DNA of 64,000 nt from Planctomycetota bacterium (GTDB taxonomy: Bacteria; Planctomycetota; SZUA-567; H5-PLA8), in contig JBBRPR010000045.1 in NCBI GenBank assembly GCA_038227875.1, positions 8,403-72,402 on the forward strand, written 5' to 3'. Positions 37,107-47,569 of this stretch are shown here, in pieces (within the stretch, counting starts at the first letter, position 1; every line of letters begins with the position of its first letter). A model generated the notes under the pieces. It was given only the letters and a program-made list of their open reading frames with translations, did no database searches and had not been told where the DNA came from. The translations under genes were made by a program, and so were the position numbers.

Positions 37107-39878
37107 TTACCTCGCGCTTCCATTCACCGACAACCTCTTCCCCGCCAACCGTCCCACCGGCGCGACGCGCCATTTTACGGCGGCGGGCGCGTCGATCGTC
37201 ACGCGGAGGTGCTCGCCGTCGATGCGCCACTCGACGCGGATCGGACCGGCGCGATGCGGAACCACGCCGCGCGCCCAGGAGAGTGTTTCCGACTGCGGCG
37301 CGATGACCAGTTCGTCGCTGGGTTCGAGTTCCGGAAATCCAACGGGCACGCCGAGCACCTTCGTCGACATGTAGTACGTCGGCGCGCCGGCCCACGCATG
37401 GCAGAGCGACGCGTGCGATTCAAACTGCTCCCAGACGGTGTCTGAACCTTCCAGCGCCATGCGTCCCCACTCGCGGCGCATCAGGTCTTCGGCGAGTTTC
37501 ACCTGCCCGAGTTTGTAGAGCGCGCCAAGCACATAAAAGCCGCCGTACGGCGAGAGGCGCCGATCGGACTTCGCCTGCGACTTGGAGAGCACGGCCTGAA
37601 AGTGCGCCTTCAACGCTTCGGCCTGATTGGGCGCCGCGACGTCGTAAAGCACCGCCCAGGCGCTTGAACAGGGCGTGTGCGCTTCCAGCGGTTTGCCGTC
37701 CTTGAACCCGTCGCGATAGGCCTGTGCGTTGGCGTCCCAGAATTTCTCGCGCGTGGTCTTGGCGAGATCGGCGGCGGCGTCCGCATAGCGTTGAATGTCG
37801 GCCTTCTCGCCGAGCTTCGCGGCGATGCTGCTCATCGCGCCGAAACAGCGTGACAGCAGCGCGTGGACGGACGCGTTGCGATCGCCGCGGTCGAATTCAA
37901 CCCACTCAATAAACGCAAACGAGTGTGGGACGATGCCGTCGGGCTGTCGGTTTTCGAGCGCGTTTTCCAGCAGGCGGCGGTAGCGCGGATAAAGCTCCCG
38001 CGCGAACGCCACGTCGCCGGTGCGTTCCAGATGCCACGCCCACGCCAGCAGCGTCACGAGCGCGAAATCGGAGACGGCGTTGATCTTGCCCGTCGGATTA
38101 CCGTGCGGAGCAGGGACGCGGCCGCCGATGTTCGGGTCGGTCTCCGTCTGGTGCTGCGTGAAGAGTTCAATGCAACGGCGCGCCAGGCGCAGATCACCGT
38201 TGCCGACGATCGTCGTCGCCATCTCCGCGAGCATATCGCCGGCGTAGAGCGTCCGCTCGCGCAACGGACAATCGGTGTAGATGTCCTCCGAGCATAAACG
38301 CAGCGCGTTCCAGCCGAGCATCCAGACTTCGTTCATCAATTTGTCGGAGCATTCGAAATGGCCGAGCTGCTCGAACGGATAAATCTGCTCTACCGCGCCG
38401 ATGGAACGGATCTTCACCGAACCCGAGGCGTTAAGGACATTTAACTGCAGGTAGCGGAAGCCGCGGGGTTCAAACAATTCCAGCCGACCCGCCCCACCCC
38501 GCGCGATTTCGCGTTCGCAGGTATTGATCCCCGCGCGCCGCAGCACCGACGGCTGCTGATTGCGGAAATCCTCAGAGTAACCGACGTCGAGAATCGTGCC
38601 GGCCGGCGCGTCGTAGTCGACGAAGATGCGGCCGAGCGTGCGGCGGCCGAAATCGAAGACGAACGCCGTACGCGTTCCACCCGCCGCCGCCAGATCGGCG
38701 ATCTGCGTGGGTGACGATTCGAGGGTGCGCGCAAAACGGAGCGCGGCCATTCCCAGACCCGGATTTGTGTGCGCCGTCTGCCGGGCTTTGAGTTCCCAGC
38801 CCTTCGACAGCGCTGGCAGATCTTCCGGCTTGGCAAATGGATACGGAGCGTTTTTGAGCTTCTCGTCCTCTTCCTTCGTGAAGGGACCGGCAGCCATGTA
38901 CGTGCCATCGCCGCTCGGATCTTTCGTCGCCGAGACTTTCAAACCCGCGGACTTCGGGAGAATGATGTAGTAATCCCACGCTCCCCAGATCATGCCGTAA
39001 CGGTCGCAGTAGAAATTCCAGCCTTCGTTCAAGTGCAGCGTGATCTCTTCGCGCGTCGGCCGGTCCTTGTGCCCGGTGCGCTTCATTTCGGGCTGGCCGT
39101 TGAGGCAGTGATCGCCCCAGTAAGCGCCCGCGACCACATCCTGCGCATGCGGTGAATAGATGTACGTGTACGCAAAGACGCGCCGCGAGGCACCGTAGTC
39201 ACCCGTGCTCAAATCCGGTCCGTTAAGGCGGAAGGCGTAGACGTCGTCGTCGTCGAGTTCGTACGTGCCGAGCAGTTCGCGCGGCACCAGCGGCGTCTGG
39301 GTGAGGTGCGGAATGCTGCGCGGCGTCAGCGTGCCGAAGGCGTCCTGATTTTTCAGCGCGACCGGCGCAGCCCAACCATCAGCGGCGCATCGCGGTAAAT
39401 TCCAATTCGGCGTATCGAGCCGCGCGTCATGAAGATGAAGCGGCGCTTGAGCGAAGCTGAATTTCGGCGCGGTCGCGTCGTAGCCGTTGGCGCGGCGGCA
39501 TTTCCAGCCGCTGGCCGTGGAGAGATTGACCGTACCGACCTCACCCCACGCCACGAACGCGCCCGGCGCGGGCACGTGATGAAATGTCTCCATACCCCAC
39601 GACGCGACATGGACTGCGATCACGTTCTCGCCCTGCTTCAAATACGGTGCGAGTGGATGCGTGTCGTACTGCGGCTTCTCGGGATAGTGGCGCACGGGTC
39701 CGTATTCCACGAACGTGCCGTTAACGAATAGATGGTAGCGCGAATTGGCGAAAAGATGGAGCTCCGCGCGGGCGGGAATTTCCGTCAGCGAAAATTCGCG
39801 GCGGAAGTACGCGTGCGTGTTGCGGCCGGTGCCATCGGGATCGAGCCAGACCAACGGAGGACGTGAAGCAGTCATCAT
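37107..39878 (-). CDS. GH78-like (alpha-L-rhamnosidase-related) glycoside hydrolase
   Basis: YFRREF..ANSRYHLFVNG, VFDFGR, RGFRYLQL, TDCPLRER, TVWE..SLCHAW. No signal peptide. Confidence 0.82.
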   Translation of the reverse strand: MMTASRPPLVWLDPDGTGRNTHAYFRREFSLTEIPARAELHLFANSRYHLFVNGTFVEYGPVRHYPEKPQYDTHPLAPYLKQGENVIAVHVASWGMETFHHVPAPGAFVAWGEVGTVNLSTASGWKCRRANGYDATAPKFSFAQAPLHLHDARLDTPNWNLPRCAADGWAAPVALKNQDAFGTLTPRSIPHLTQTPLVPRELLGTYELDDDDVYAFRLNGPDLSTGDYGASRRVFAYTYIYSPHAQDVVAGAYWGDHCLNGQPEMKRTGHKDRPTREEITLHLNEGWNFYCDRYGMIWGAWDYYIILPKSAGLKVSATKDPSGDGTYMAAGPFTKEEDEKLKNAPYPFAKPEDLPALSKGWELKARQTAHTNPGLGMAALRFARTLESSPTQIADLAAAGGTRTAFVFDFGRRTLGRIFVDYDAPAGTILDVGYSEDFRNQQPSVLRRAGINTCEREIARGGAGRLELFEPRGFRYLQLNVLNASGSVKIRSIGAVEQIYPFEQLGHFECSDKLMNEVWMLGWNALRLCSEDIYTDCPLRERTLYAGDMLAEMATTIVGNGDLRLARRCIELFTQHQTETDPNIGGRVPAPHGNPTGKINAVSDFALVTLLAWAWHLERTGDVAFARELYPRYRRLLENALENRQPDGIVPHSFAFIEWVEFDRGDRNASVHALLSRCFGAMSSIAAKLGEKADIQRYADAAADLAKTTREKFWDANAQAYRDGFKDGKPLEAHTPCSSAWAVLYDVAAPNQAEALKAHFQAVLSKSQAKSDRRLSPYGGFYVLGALYKLGQVKLAEDLMRREWGRMALEGSDTVWEQFESHASLCHAWAGAPTYYMSTKVLGVPVGFPELEPSDELVIAPQSETLSWARGVVPHRAGPIRVEWRIDGEHLRVTIDAPAAVKWRVAPVGRLAGKRLSVNGSAR

Positions 39879-40004
39879 TTTTTTCCCGGAGAATCACGAA
39901 GAAAGAATCACGCGTCCATTCTGACCGCTGCACCAGACGCAAGGAATAAGGACGATGGTTATTTGCATGTGTTTTATGGAGCGGACGGCGAAACTCACCA
40001 TTAT

Positions 40005-41660
40005 TTAATGCTGCTGGAGCGCGGGGGCTTTGCTGGGATCGAAGACGCCGGGTCCGGAAGGCAGTGCGGCAGGTCCCGCGGGCGCTTGAGGCTTATCCGG
40101 CAGGGGAGTCTGCGGCGGGGCAATCTTTGCAGCTTCAGGCGGACCCTTGAACGCGGGTGTGGCTGAAATCGCCGGAGGTAGCGGAGCGATGGGGTTGACC
40201 ATGCGCACCGGGTTGCCGCTCTGCTCCGCTGTACCGGGGGCTCCAGGATAGATGGGAGCTCCGGTTTTTACCGTTGCCGCCGCGGCGGCGCGGTCGAGAC
40301 TGAACGTGCCTGCGTCGGCGAGGTTGTCGCCATTGGTAAAAAACTGAATCGTCATGGTGATGCTGGCGATCTTCGGAAAGCGCTGCAGTAGCGCCACCGT
40401 AACGGCGCGGACTTCCGTCTTGAAATTATCCTGCGCGGCGGATTGACTGAAAGCCATCGTGATTGTCGCGACGTTGCTGTCGTCATCGACGTGGACCGCG
40501 CGGACGCGTTCGTGCTTGGGTTCGCCGGGATACGACCCGAGGGTGAAATCAAGTAATTCGTGTTCCTTGGGCGAGAGTTCGCCGTAGAGCGACTTGACGC
40601 GCTGCTTGATCGTCGCTTCGGCCTTGTAGGCAGTGCTGATGACGTCGGGATCCTTGCACACGCCCGACTCGATCCCCGACATCAGCGCGCTGACGCGTTG
40701 TTCAGCTTCGGAAATATTGCCTGATTCGGCCACCGCCTGAACATCCTTCGCCTGCTCCAGGGCCTGCGAGTCCTTGTGTGACAGCAGCGAGGTTTTGCAG
40801 AAGATCACCAGGCAGGCGACGATGCCGACAACCAGGCCCAGCGCGCCGAACACTTGAAGTGTCTTGTTGAATTTGTTCGACTGGCTTTCCTTGACGCAGC
40901 GGCCGCAGAGCGGCAGGCCATCGATCATCACGGCTTCGTTGCGAACGATGGCTTCCGGGTCGACACGGCAGTGACAGCGGTGGCAGACCCAGCCCATTTT
41001 CTGGCTGGATCGCGACCCGGGATGCGCGGGCGGGCCGACCGGCTTCTGCAGCGGCATGCGGCCGGAGACGCCAGGCGTCGGTACGGGCGTGAGCGTAATC
41101 GCGGGATTTCCACGCGCCGGCGTGGCACGCGGCGAATACCCGGACGTGGGCTTGGACGAATCGTTGGAGAGAATCACCGGCTGCGGCGTAAAGCCGCTGG
41201 AGGATGCCGGCCGCGGATAGGCCGGAGACGTCCCCGATGGCGGCTTGACGGCTCCCGCAATGACGGTTGAGGACGGCTTGACGAATCCCGTGCCCGACGG
41301 TGGCTTGATGTTCTGGCCCGGACCCGGATTGCTCCGAACCGCCGGAACGCGCTGTGTCGTGGCGTTGGACATGCGTGCGGAGATCGGCGGACCTTTGCCG
41401 TTGGTGCGCGCCGCCGCCGAGGCGGCATTCGGATTGTTCAATTGGGGCAGCTGAATGCCACGGTGCGGCGTGGAACGGGCCGACGGCCGCGAGCCGAGGC
41501 CCTTCATCAGCGGGCGGAATTCGTCGGGGATGTCCTCCGGCAATTCCGGGATATCGGGGAGATCTGGCAAGGAAACCTCATGCCTCGATGCTGCTGCCGG
41601 CCGGGGCGGTGGCCGGACTGGAGTCGCCGGAGGCGGCGTTTTGGTCGGACGATCGTGCAT
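40005..41660 (-). CDS. Pro-rich hypothetical protein with a Zn-finger and a TM helix
   Basis: Disordered N-terminus, WVCHRC..PLCGRC, TM VFGALGLVVGIVACLVIF. Lies 18 bp downstream of the K-like pilin gene. Confidence 0.72.
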   Translation of the reverse strand: MHDRPTKTPPPATPVRPPPRPAAASRHEVSLPDLPDIPELPEDIPDEFRPLMKGLGSRPSARSTPHRGIQLPQLNNPNAASAAARTNGKGPPISARMSNATTQRVPAVRSNPGPGQNIKPPSGTGFVKPSSTVIAGAVKPPSGTSPAYPRPASSSGFTPQPVILSNDSSKPTSGYSPRATPARGNPAITLTPVPTPGVSGRMPLQKPVGPPAHPGSRSSQKMGWVCHRCHCRVDPEAIVRNEAVMIDGLPLCGRCVKESQSNKFNKTLQVFGALGLVVGIVACLVIFCKTSLLSHKDSQALEQAKDVQAVAESGNISEAEQRVSALMSGIESGVCKDPDVISTAYKAEATIKQRVKSLYGELSPKEHELLDFTLGSYPGEPKHERVRAVHVDDDSNVATITMAFSQSAAQDNFKTEVRAVTVALLQRFPKIASITMTIQFFTNGDNLADAGTFSLDRAAAAATVKTGAPIYPGAPGTAEQSGNPVRMVNPIAPLPPAISATPAFKGPPEAAKIAPPQTPLPDKPQAPAGPAALPSGPGVFDPSKAPALQQH

Positions 41661-41678
41661 GCCCCAACTCTCCGTGCA

Positions 41679-44453
41679 CTACAGCCCCTGGTTGATCGTC
41701 CACGTCCATCGCACCACCGCTCGTTTGCTCGTCTCCCGCCCCTTGTCCGACGCACTGGCCGTGTTCTGGATCTGATAGTACGCCTTCTCGTCGCCAGCCT
41801 TAACGCCGTGGTAGTCAGTCCACTCCGGCGCGACGGTCGGGACCGACGTCCCCGTGGAGCCGGGATAACTGCTGAGCGACTTGTCCGGCAAGGCCGGTTG
41901 ATACCCCTGCTTTCCGGCAATCTGCGACGCGGTCTTCATGCCATAATCCATCGATCTCGGATCGCCTGCGGGCATCGTCTTCATCTTTCGAGGGCCATTG
42001 CCGCGGTAGTAACCCAACCCCACGCGCTTGCCTTCGGCGATGCTCAGCTGATGCTTTGGATCCGATGTCGCTCCGCCGGTCGGCCAGCCTGTTCCGTCGT
42101 ACGCGGAATCGGTTTCCACTTTCACGTCGGCAGCCAATTCCACGCAGGCCAGCGTCTGGTAATGGGTAAGAACCGTCGGCGTCGCCGGGGTCAATTTCGC
42201 GGACTTGGCGTCAACGATTTCGCTGGTGACGACCAGGTAATAGCACGGCGAGGTGACGGTCAGTTCCGTCGAGAACCAATCCGGACCGAAGGCCAGTTGG
42301 CGCCACGGCACGGTTCCCTGCTGATTGTAAGACATCAGATCGGGCGGAGCCTTCACAAGTGTGCTCGGCGCCGATGTCAACCCGGCATCGTTCAGCCGAA
42401 TGTCCGTGCCTTTTTCATTGAACATGCTGTTGCCGGTGCCGGTGCTATAGAAGCCTTGGCGGTTGGTCTGTGAAAAACCATATTCGTCACGGCCGATCTG
42501 GTAGCAATACAATTCCCAGAGCGGATCGCGAACTGCATTCCCTGTTTGATCTCCCAGCTGCGAATCGACGCTGGGCGTGTAGGTGCCAAAGCCGTCGTTG
42601 CCGAACAAAAGGAAGTGCTCGGTGCCGCTGGCATCCTTCCACACTTTGCCGGGAATGATGTTATCAAAGATCGCGTTGGCCGTGCGCTTGTCCATCTTGC
42701 CCGGGATCACGTCCGGCGTGTCGCTGGGGTCAAAGTTGACGCACGGGTCGTCGCTGTCATACGGCGCCGGCGGAATGCGCGCGGCATCCTTGTACGCGAG
42801 CGTATAGCTGGCGCCGCTGCTGGGGTCCGTGCCGTAACTGGCATTGATCACCGCGGCGTTGCCCCAGGCGCGGTTGTTCTGCGTCATGGCCAGCAGATCG
42901 TCGGCAATCCATTGTCGGAAGGTATCCACGCCGCAGGGAAAGCGCGTTTTCACATAGTAAGCGCTGTTGGGATAGATGTTCGACGGGCTGGTTCCGTCCG
43001 GCAACACCGCGTGCTTGACCTTGGTGGCCTCGGCAGGAGTCAGCGCGCCGTGCGGGCCAGCCTGGCTGGCAATGTACTCAAATGCCTGGTAGTAGGATCG
43101 ATTCTGTTCGAAACCGTTGCTTCCCGAAACGCTCTTCCGGAACAACCACTGCATGTTCCAATTTCCAGGAAAGCAGCCGTAGTTATTGCCATAGAGAGTC
43201 GGGTTATATTTCCCGCAGAAGTAGCGCACCATCATTTCCTGATAGCGATAAGCCAGCCGCAATTTCAACATCTCGGCCTTCTGCCATGCCGCATTGTTGC
43301 CTGCGCCCAGCGCATTCGGAGACTTCGGAGACGCAGGATCGGCCTGGGCGTCGTATTGAACGCCACCGTAATAGAAGCGCCGGACCTTGATGATGCGTGC
43401 AATGGATTCGAGATTGAAGACGCCTTCCAGCGGCCAGGTCCAGGTAAAATTCTCACCCGAGAACGGCATCTGGTTTCCGGAGATCTCGCAGGTGTTCACG
43501 TTCAACGGGCTGCGGCCGGTGTCCGGATCGACGTGACCGGTAAGTGAGAAACTGGCCATGCCGCACTGATCCCACCACGGCTGGCCCCACCACCATCCCA
43601 GGTACTGGTCGTAGTAGGTCGTCTTCACACCCACATATTCGGGTCCGAACATGCCGGTCCACTGCGTGTTGGTCGTGATGTAATTGGGGGATGCGGAGGT
43701 GTAGTTGCCAGTGTACGACCAATTGTATTTGAAGTAACGGACCGTGCGCGAGGCCACCGACCACGCCTGAAAGTAGGGAATCGTACAGACCGCGCCGGAG
43801 CCGCCATTGTCCTGATGCGCGCGGTACTGTTCGAAGTAGTTCAAGCCCTGTCCACCCTGGATCATGTGAGCCATCTGGCACTGCGTCGGATTGCAGTCGT
43901 CGTTCCAATCGTTGATGTTGATGGCGGAATTGGCGTCGAGCACCTGAACAGCGAATCGGCCGGCGATGCTGCCATCCGGGAAATAATCGTCGGGCATGTA
44001 CTTCCACTGTGCCGCGTTCTGACCCATGAACTGCTGATTGAACGTGCCGGTCATGCCCGTGTTGTAAAACGGGTTGATGTTGGTGTTGTTGTACGCGTTG
44101 TTGATGGTCTTGACGTCTGCGTCGTAAGGCGCGTACCACCACTGGCTCCCGTCTCCTTTCGGCGCCGCGCCCGTATCGGTGGCACAGCTGACGTACTTGG
44201 TCGGATCGAACAGTTTAGTCGCGGGATCAAAGAGGTATTTGCCCATGTTGCCCAGCGTCCAGTCCATCGCCGACTGCGCCAGATCAGCGGAATCCGCGCG
44301 GTCGCGGACGTGAGCCACGGAGGTCAGTTCGGTGCGCGTGAACGACAGAAATCCCACGATCACCACCAGCAGGACCGAGAGCAGCCCCACGATCAGCAGC
44401 AACAGAAATCCGCGCTTCTGACCACGCTCGCTTTTAACCACCGTACGTCCCAT
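41679..44453 (-). CDS. Large GspK/PilX-like minor pseudopilin
   Basis: KRG|FLLLLIVGLLSVLL lacking Glu5; RFAVQVLDANSAININ and GRSPLNVNT motifs. Confidence 0.72.
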   Translation of the reverse strand: MGRTVVKSERGQKRGFLLLLIVGLLSVLLVVIVGFLSFTRTELTSVAHVRDRADSADLAQSAMDWTLGNMGKYLFDPATKLFDPTKYVSCATDTGAAPKGDGSQWWYAPYDADVKTINNAYNNTNINPFYNTGMTGTFNQQFMGQNAAQWKYMPDDYFPDGSIAGRFAVQVLDANSAININDWNDDCNPTQCQMAHMIQGGQGLNYFEQYRAHQDNGGSGAVCTIPYFQAWSVASRTVRYFKYNWSYTGNYTSASPNYITTNTQWTGMFGPEYVGVKTTYYDQYLGWWWGQPWWDQCGMASFSLTGHVDPDTGRSPLNVNTCEISGNQMPFSGENFTWTWPLEGVFNLESIARIIKVRRFYYGGVQYDAQADPASPKSPNALGAGNNAAWQKAEMLKLRLAYRYQEMMVRYFCGKYNPTLYGNNYGCFPGNWNMQWLFRKSVSGSNGFEQNRSYYQAFEYIASQAGPHGALTPAEATKVKHAVLPDGTSPSNIYPNSAYYVKTRFPCGVDTFRQWIADDLLAMTQNNRAWGNAAVINASYGTDPSSGASYTLAYKDAARIPPAPYDSDDPCVNFDPSDTPDVIPGKMDKRTANAIFDNIIPGKVWKDASGTEHFLLFGNDGFGTYTPSVDSQLGDQTGNAVRDPLWELYCYQIGRDEYGFSQTNRQGFYSTGTGNSMFNEKGTDIRLNDAGLTSAPSTLVKAPPDLMSYNQQGTVPWRQLAFGPDWFSTELTVTSPCYYLVVTSEIVDAKSAKLTPATPTVLTHYQTLACVELAADVKVETDSAYDGTGWPTGGATSDPKHQLSIAEGKRVGLGYYRGNGPRKMKTMPAGDPRSMDYGMKTASQIAGKQGYQPALPDKSLSSYPGSTGTSVPTVAPEWTDYHGVKAGDEKAYYQIQNTASASDKGRETSKRAVVRWTWTINQGL

Positions 44454-44505
44454 GCTGCCTCCGATTTCGGTTACTGCCCACTGCCACTGCCTTCTGCCTG
44501 CTGAA

Positions 44506-45585
44506 TCAAAGTCCCGGCTCCAGCGACTTCAAATCCTTCTCGCGGTTGTACGGAGACGGAGTCAGGTAGGCCGGATCGGGCAGACCGCCCTTGTTCGCGA
44601 CTACTCCGTCGCCCATCGCGATGGGAATCTGGACGACCCGGCAGAGCGTGACGCGCTTGCGCTTCTGGCGGTCGCAGACCGTGATCGTCATGCGGATCGC
44701 CTTGGGCGGCGGCGAGAAGTAAACCACCATGCTGTCGCTGACGTCGTAGAACTTGCCGTCGACTTCGTTCCAGTAGGCGCAGTTGAAATCGAGCACATTC
44801 ATGCCGCCGATGTGCATGCGCGTGTACTGATCGATCCAGTCCTTGAATTTGCGTTCGGTCTTGAGTTCGTTGCCGGGCTGGCCGCGGTAGGGCGGTTCGT
44901 TGTACCAATAAAGTGCAGAAAACGAGTCGTTGATCTCCGGCTCGTTATCGCGGGCTTGCAGGTAGATCGAAATTTCATTCTGCGAGACGTCGGCGAGAAT
45001 CTGCGGCCGGGTCAGCGCTGGTTCGGCATAGCTCACATTCTGACCGGAATCGTTCTGCGGCTGCGGGTAGGTCATGGTCGTGCGAATTGATTCGTACCAG
45101 GATTCGTGGAGCGTCGGCAGGTAGATCATCTGCGTGTTGTAGGCCAGCGGATGGGCGAGCGTGCCGTCGACCAGCGTGCTACGGTCGGCCGAGTTGGTAT
45201 TGGTGAATTGCGCACCCGGCTGCGGGCGCATCAGGTTGACCACGGCTGCTTCACGGCGGGAGAACAAGTACGGCGTCGGGTCCATCGCCAGCGGGTTGCC
45301 GGTCTGATCGGGCGTGAATGTATCAGTGTCCTTGTAAACCAGGTGCTTGATCGAGAAATGTTCGCCACGTTCGTTGGTCATCGCCTGGCGGATTTCCTGC
45401 TCCATCACGTCCAGGATGTTGCGGGCCGCTTCGTACGCGGAGAGTTTCTCTTCGATATTGCGAACCGTGTTGGTCGAGAGCCGGAAGATCGGCACGACCA
45501 GCACCGTCAGCGACAGACAGATCGCCAGCACTGCGATCATTTCCGCCAGAGTAAATCCGCGTCGAACCCGCATCACCGCCCCCAT
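44506..45585 (-). CDS. Prepilin-type protein (GspJ/PilW position)
   Basis: RRG|FTLAEMIAVLAICL; C-terminal PKAIRMTITV. Start 45585 or 45573. Confidence 0.8.
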   Translation of the reverse strand: MGAVMRVRRGFTLAEMIAVLAICLSLTVLVVPIFRLSTNTVRNIEEKLSAYEAARNILDVMEQEIRQAMTNERGEHFSIKHLVYKDTDTFTPDQTGNPLAMDPTPYLFSRREAAVVNLMRPQPGAQFTNTNSADRSTLVDGTLAHPLAYNTQMIYLPTLHESWYESIRTTMTYPQPQNDSGQNVSYAEPALTRPQILADVSQNEISIYLQARDNEPEINDSFSALYWYNEPPYRGQPGNELKTERKFKDWIDQYTRMHIGGMNVLDFNCAYWNEVDGKFYDVSDSMVVYFSPPPKAIRMTITVCDRQKRKRVTLCRVVQIPIAMGDGVVANKGGLPDPAYLTPSPYNREKDLKSLEPGL

Positions 45586-45612
45586 TCCTGACTGCCTGCT
45601 GCCCAGCCTTCT

Positions 45613-46164
45613 CTACTTGCCGTACGAGTACATGTACTGCGTGTAGCGCATTTCGCGCTTCGACCCCTTCATCTGGATGACGATCGTGACCGGCGTAACG
45701 CTCAGATCCGCGCCGGGGTTGGTCGTCGGGATGTAACCCTTTGCCGGGTCGACTGTGACGGATTTCTTGATGTCGTCCTGGTCGATCATCCACTGGTAGT
45801 GTTCGATGTCGTCGAAGTTCTCGTACACATCGCCGGGGCCGTGAGCGAAGTCGCGCCAGCCGCCGGGGGTGCCATTCTTGATTTCCTGGATGCGCGGAGG
45901 CGACGCTCCGCCGTCGACATACGGCGCGCCGTCGAGCAGATCCACGCGCGGATCGATGCGGTCGCGGCGGAATTCGGCGAACTTCGAGCGCGACAGATGG
46001 ATCGAAGCGTCCTGGAACATCACGTAATGCGCCGCATTGACGCCCGAGGGCAGCGCCGCCAGCACGCCCAGGATGCCGACGAGAAAAATGAACATCGCGA
46101 TCATTACTTCGATCAGCGTCAGTCCGCGGGCGTGGCCGCGTGCCGTTTTCATGGTCGCTGGCAT
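45613..46164 (-). CDS. Prepilin-type protein (GspI/PilV position)
   Basis: ARG|LTLIEVMIAMFIFLVGILGVL. ATG 46164 overlaps the upstream TGA. Confidence 0.82.
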   Translation of the reverse strand: MPATMKTARGHARGLTLIEVMIAMFIFLVGILGVLAALPSGVNAAHYVMFQDASIHLSRSKFAEFRRDRIDPRVDLLDGAPYVDGGASPPRIQEIKNGTPGGWRDFAHGPGDVYENFDDIEHYQWMIDQDDIKKSVTVDPAKGYIPTTNPGADLSVTPVTIVIQMKGSKREMRYTQYMYSYGK

Positions 46165-46976
46165 CACAGGTTCCCCGGGTAGCTGTTGATCAGGTTGTTG
46201 ATGTCCTTGAAATTGGTGATCTTCGTGCCGCCGATGTGCGTCAACTGATACGGCAGGATGCGCGGCCGCGTGGCCGACTGTGCACGGCCGACTTCGACAA
46301 TGAGGTGTTCGCCGCTGGCCTGATCGAAGATCAGCACATGATTGTACGCGTAATTGTTGTCGTTGCGCGCCGTGCCGCCAGTCTGGGCGTAGACGGTCTG
46401 ATGGCGCTTGATTTCCCCGACCTGATCGCGGCGATAATTGGGGAAACTGAAGACGCAACTGAAACCCGGGCCCGACGCGTAGCGTTGAAAGTACCCCGAG
46501 ATGATGCGCACGCCGGACGGCACCGTAATCTGACTCTTGAGCAGCATTTTTGTTGTAAAGATGAACGGATACCAACCGTCGCTACCGCCCGGATTACTCC
46601 ACGGCAACGTAGCGTTGTAACCGGCGAATCCCGACGAGGAACCCAGCACGCCCCAGACTTCGATCGCGCCCGGAGGCGGCACAGGATTGGGCGTGTTCTG
46701 AAGTCCCAGGGTCTTCAAATCGTCGCCATAGAAGACCGCCGTATGCGTGCGCAGATTCTGCGCCTGCGAACGGGCCTGGAACATCGCCGCGTCCACGGCT
46801 TGCGCAGCCTGCTGAACCTTGGACGTATCGGCGAAGCGCGAGAACAACGGCACCGAGACGGTCATCAGCAGCGACATCACAAACAGAACCACGAGCAGTT
46901 CAATCAGCGTGAAGCCGCGCACGTTCGGATGCGAGTTCTGGTTTGAGACAAAAGCCGAGCGTTCAATTTCGTGCAT
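46164..46976 (-). CDS. Prepilin-type protein (GspH/FimT position)
   Basis: VRG|FTLIELLVVLFVMSLL..QAAQAVDAAMFQARSQA. Confidence 0.82.
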   Translation of the reverse strand: MHEIERSAFVSNQNSHPNVRGFTLIELLVVLFVMSLLMTVSVPLFSRFADTSKVQQAAQAVDAAMFQARSQAQNLRTHTAVFYGDDLKTLGLQNTPNPVPPPGAIEVWGVLGSSSGFAGYNATLPWSNPGGSDGWYPFIFTTKMLLKSQITVPSGVRIISGYFQRYASGPGFSCVFSFPNYRRDQVGEIKRHQTVYAQTGGTARNDNNYAYNHVLIFDQASGEHLIVEVGRAQSATRPRILPYQLTHIGGTKITNFKDINNLINSYPGNL

Positions 46977-46987
46977 GGTCGGGCACC

Positions 46988-47569
46988 TTACTTTCCGAGG
47001 ATGATGTCGTCGTTGGTTCCATTGTCATCGATCCGATTCGGACCGTACGAATAGATGAACGGCAGGTAAATGGTTTCACTCTTGGCGGCATCCCAGACAT
47101 CTTTTTGAACTTGAGTCTTCACCACGTACTTCACCGGCGTCCGCCACGCATCCATGACGCTCATCTTGCCGCTCGCGGTCAGGTCCATCAGTTCGGACGG
47201 CTGGTAGGTGATGAACGGCCCGGCATTGACGGTCGAAAGAATTTCACCGTTGGCGACGACTGGATTTCGGCGGAAGGCGTTGGTGAGAAAATAAACCAGC
47301 GCCTGCGAACCGACATATCCGCTGTAATTGTCCGGCGGATAGTTGCGGAACGCGATGCGGTACTGCTCAATCGCGTTGTACGTGCTCTCAATTAACTTCT
47401 TCGTGGCGGCGCGGCGCGCGCGTTCGCGCATCGGACCGGCGTAGGCGAAAAGCAGTCCGGCCAGAAGCACAATAATGCCAACCACGACGATGGTCTCAAG
47501 CAGCGTGAAACCCCGCGAATGTGATGATTGCGCACGAGGGCGTCGCGTGTTGAAGATCGGTACAAGCAT
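46988..47569 (-). CDS. GspG-like pseudopilin
   Basis: SRG|FTLLETIVVVGII, MDAWRTPVKY (DPWG-like) and IYSYGPNRIDDNGTNDDI. Confidence 0.82.
   Translation of the reverse strand: MLVPIFNTRRPRAQSSHSRGFTLLETIVVVGIIVLLAGLLFAYAGPMRERARRAATKKLIESTYNAIEQYRIAFRNYPPDNYSGYVGSQALVYFLTNAFRRNPVVANGEILSTVNAGPFITYQPSELMDLTASGKMSVMDAWRTPVKYVVKTQVQKDVWDAAKSETIYLPFIYSYGPNRIDDNGTNDDIILGK

Noticed and set aside
46165..46575. 320-aa version of the GspI-like pilin
   Set aside because: The extension overlaps the GspH-like gene and would bury the prepilin cleavage site.
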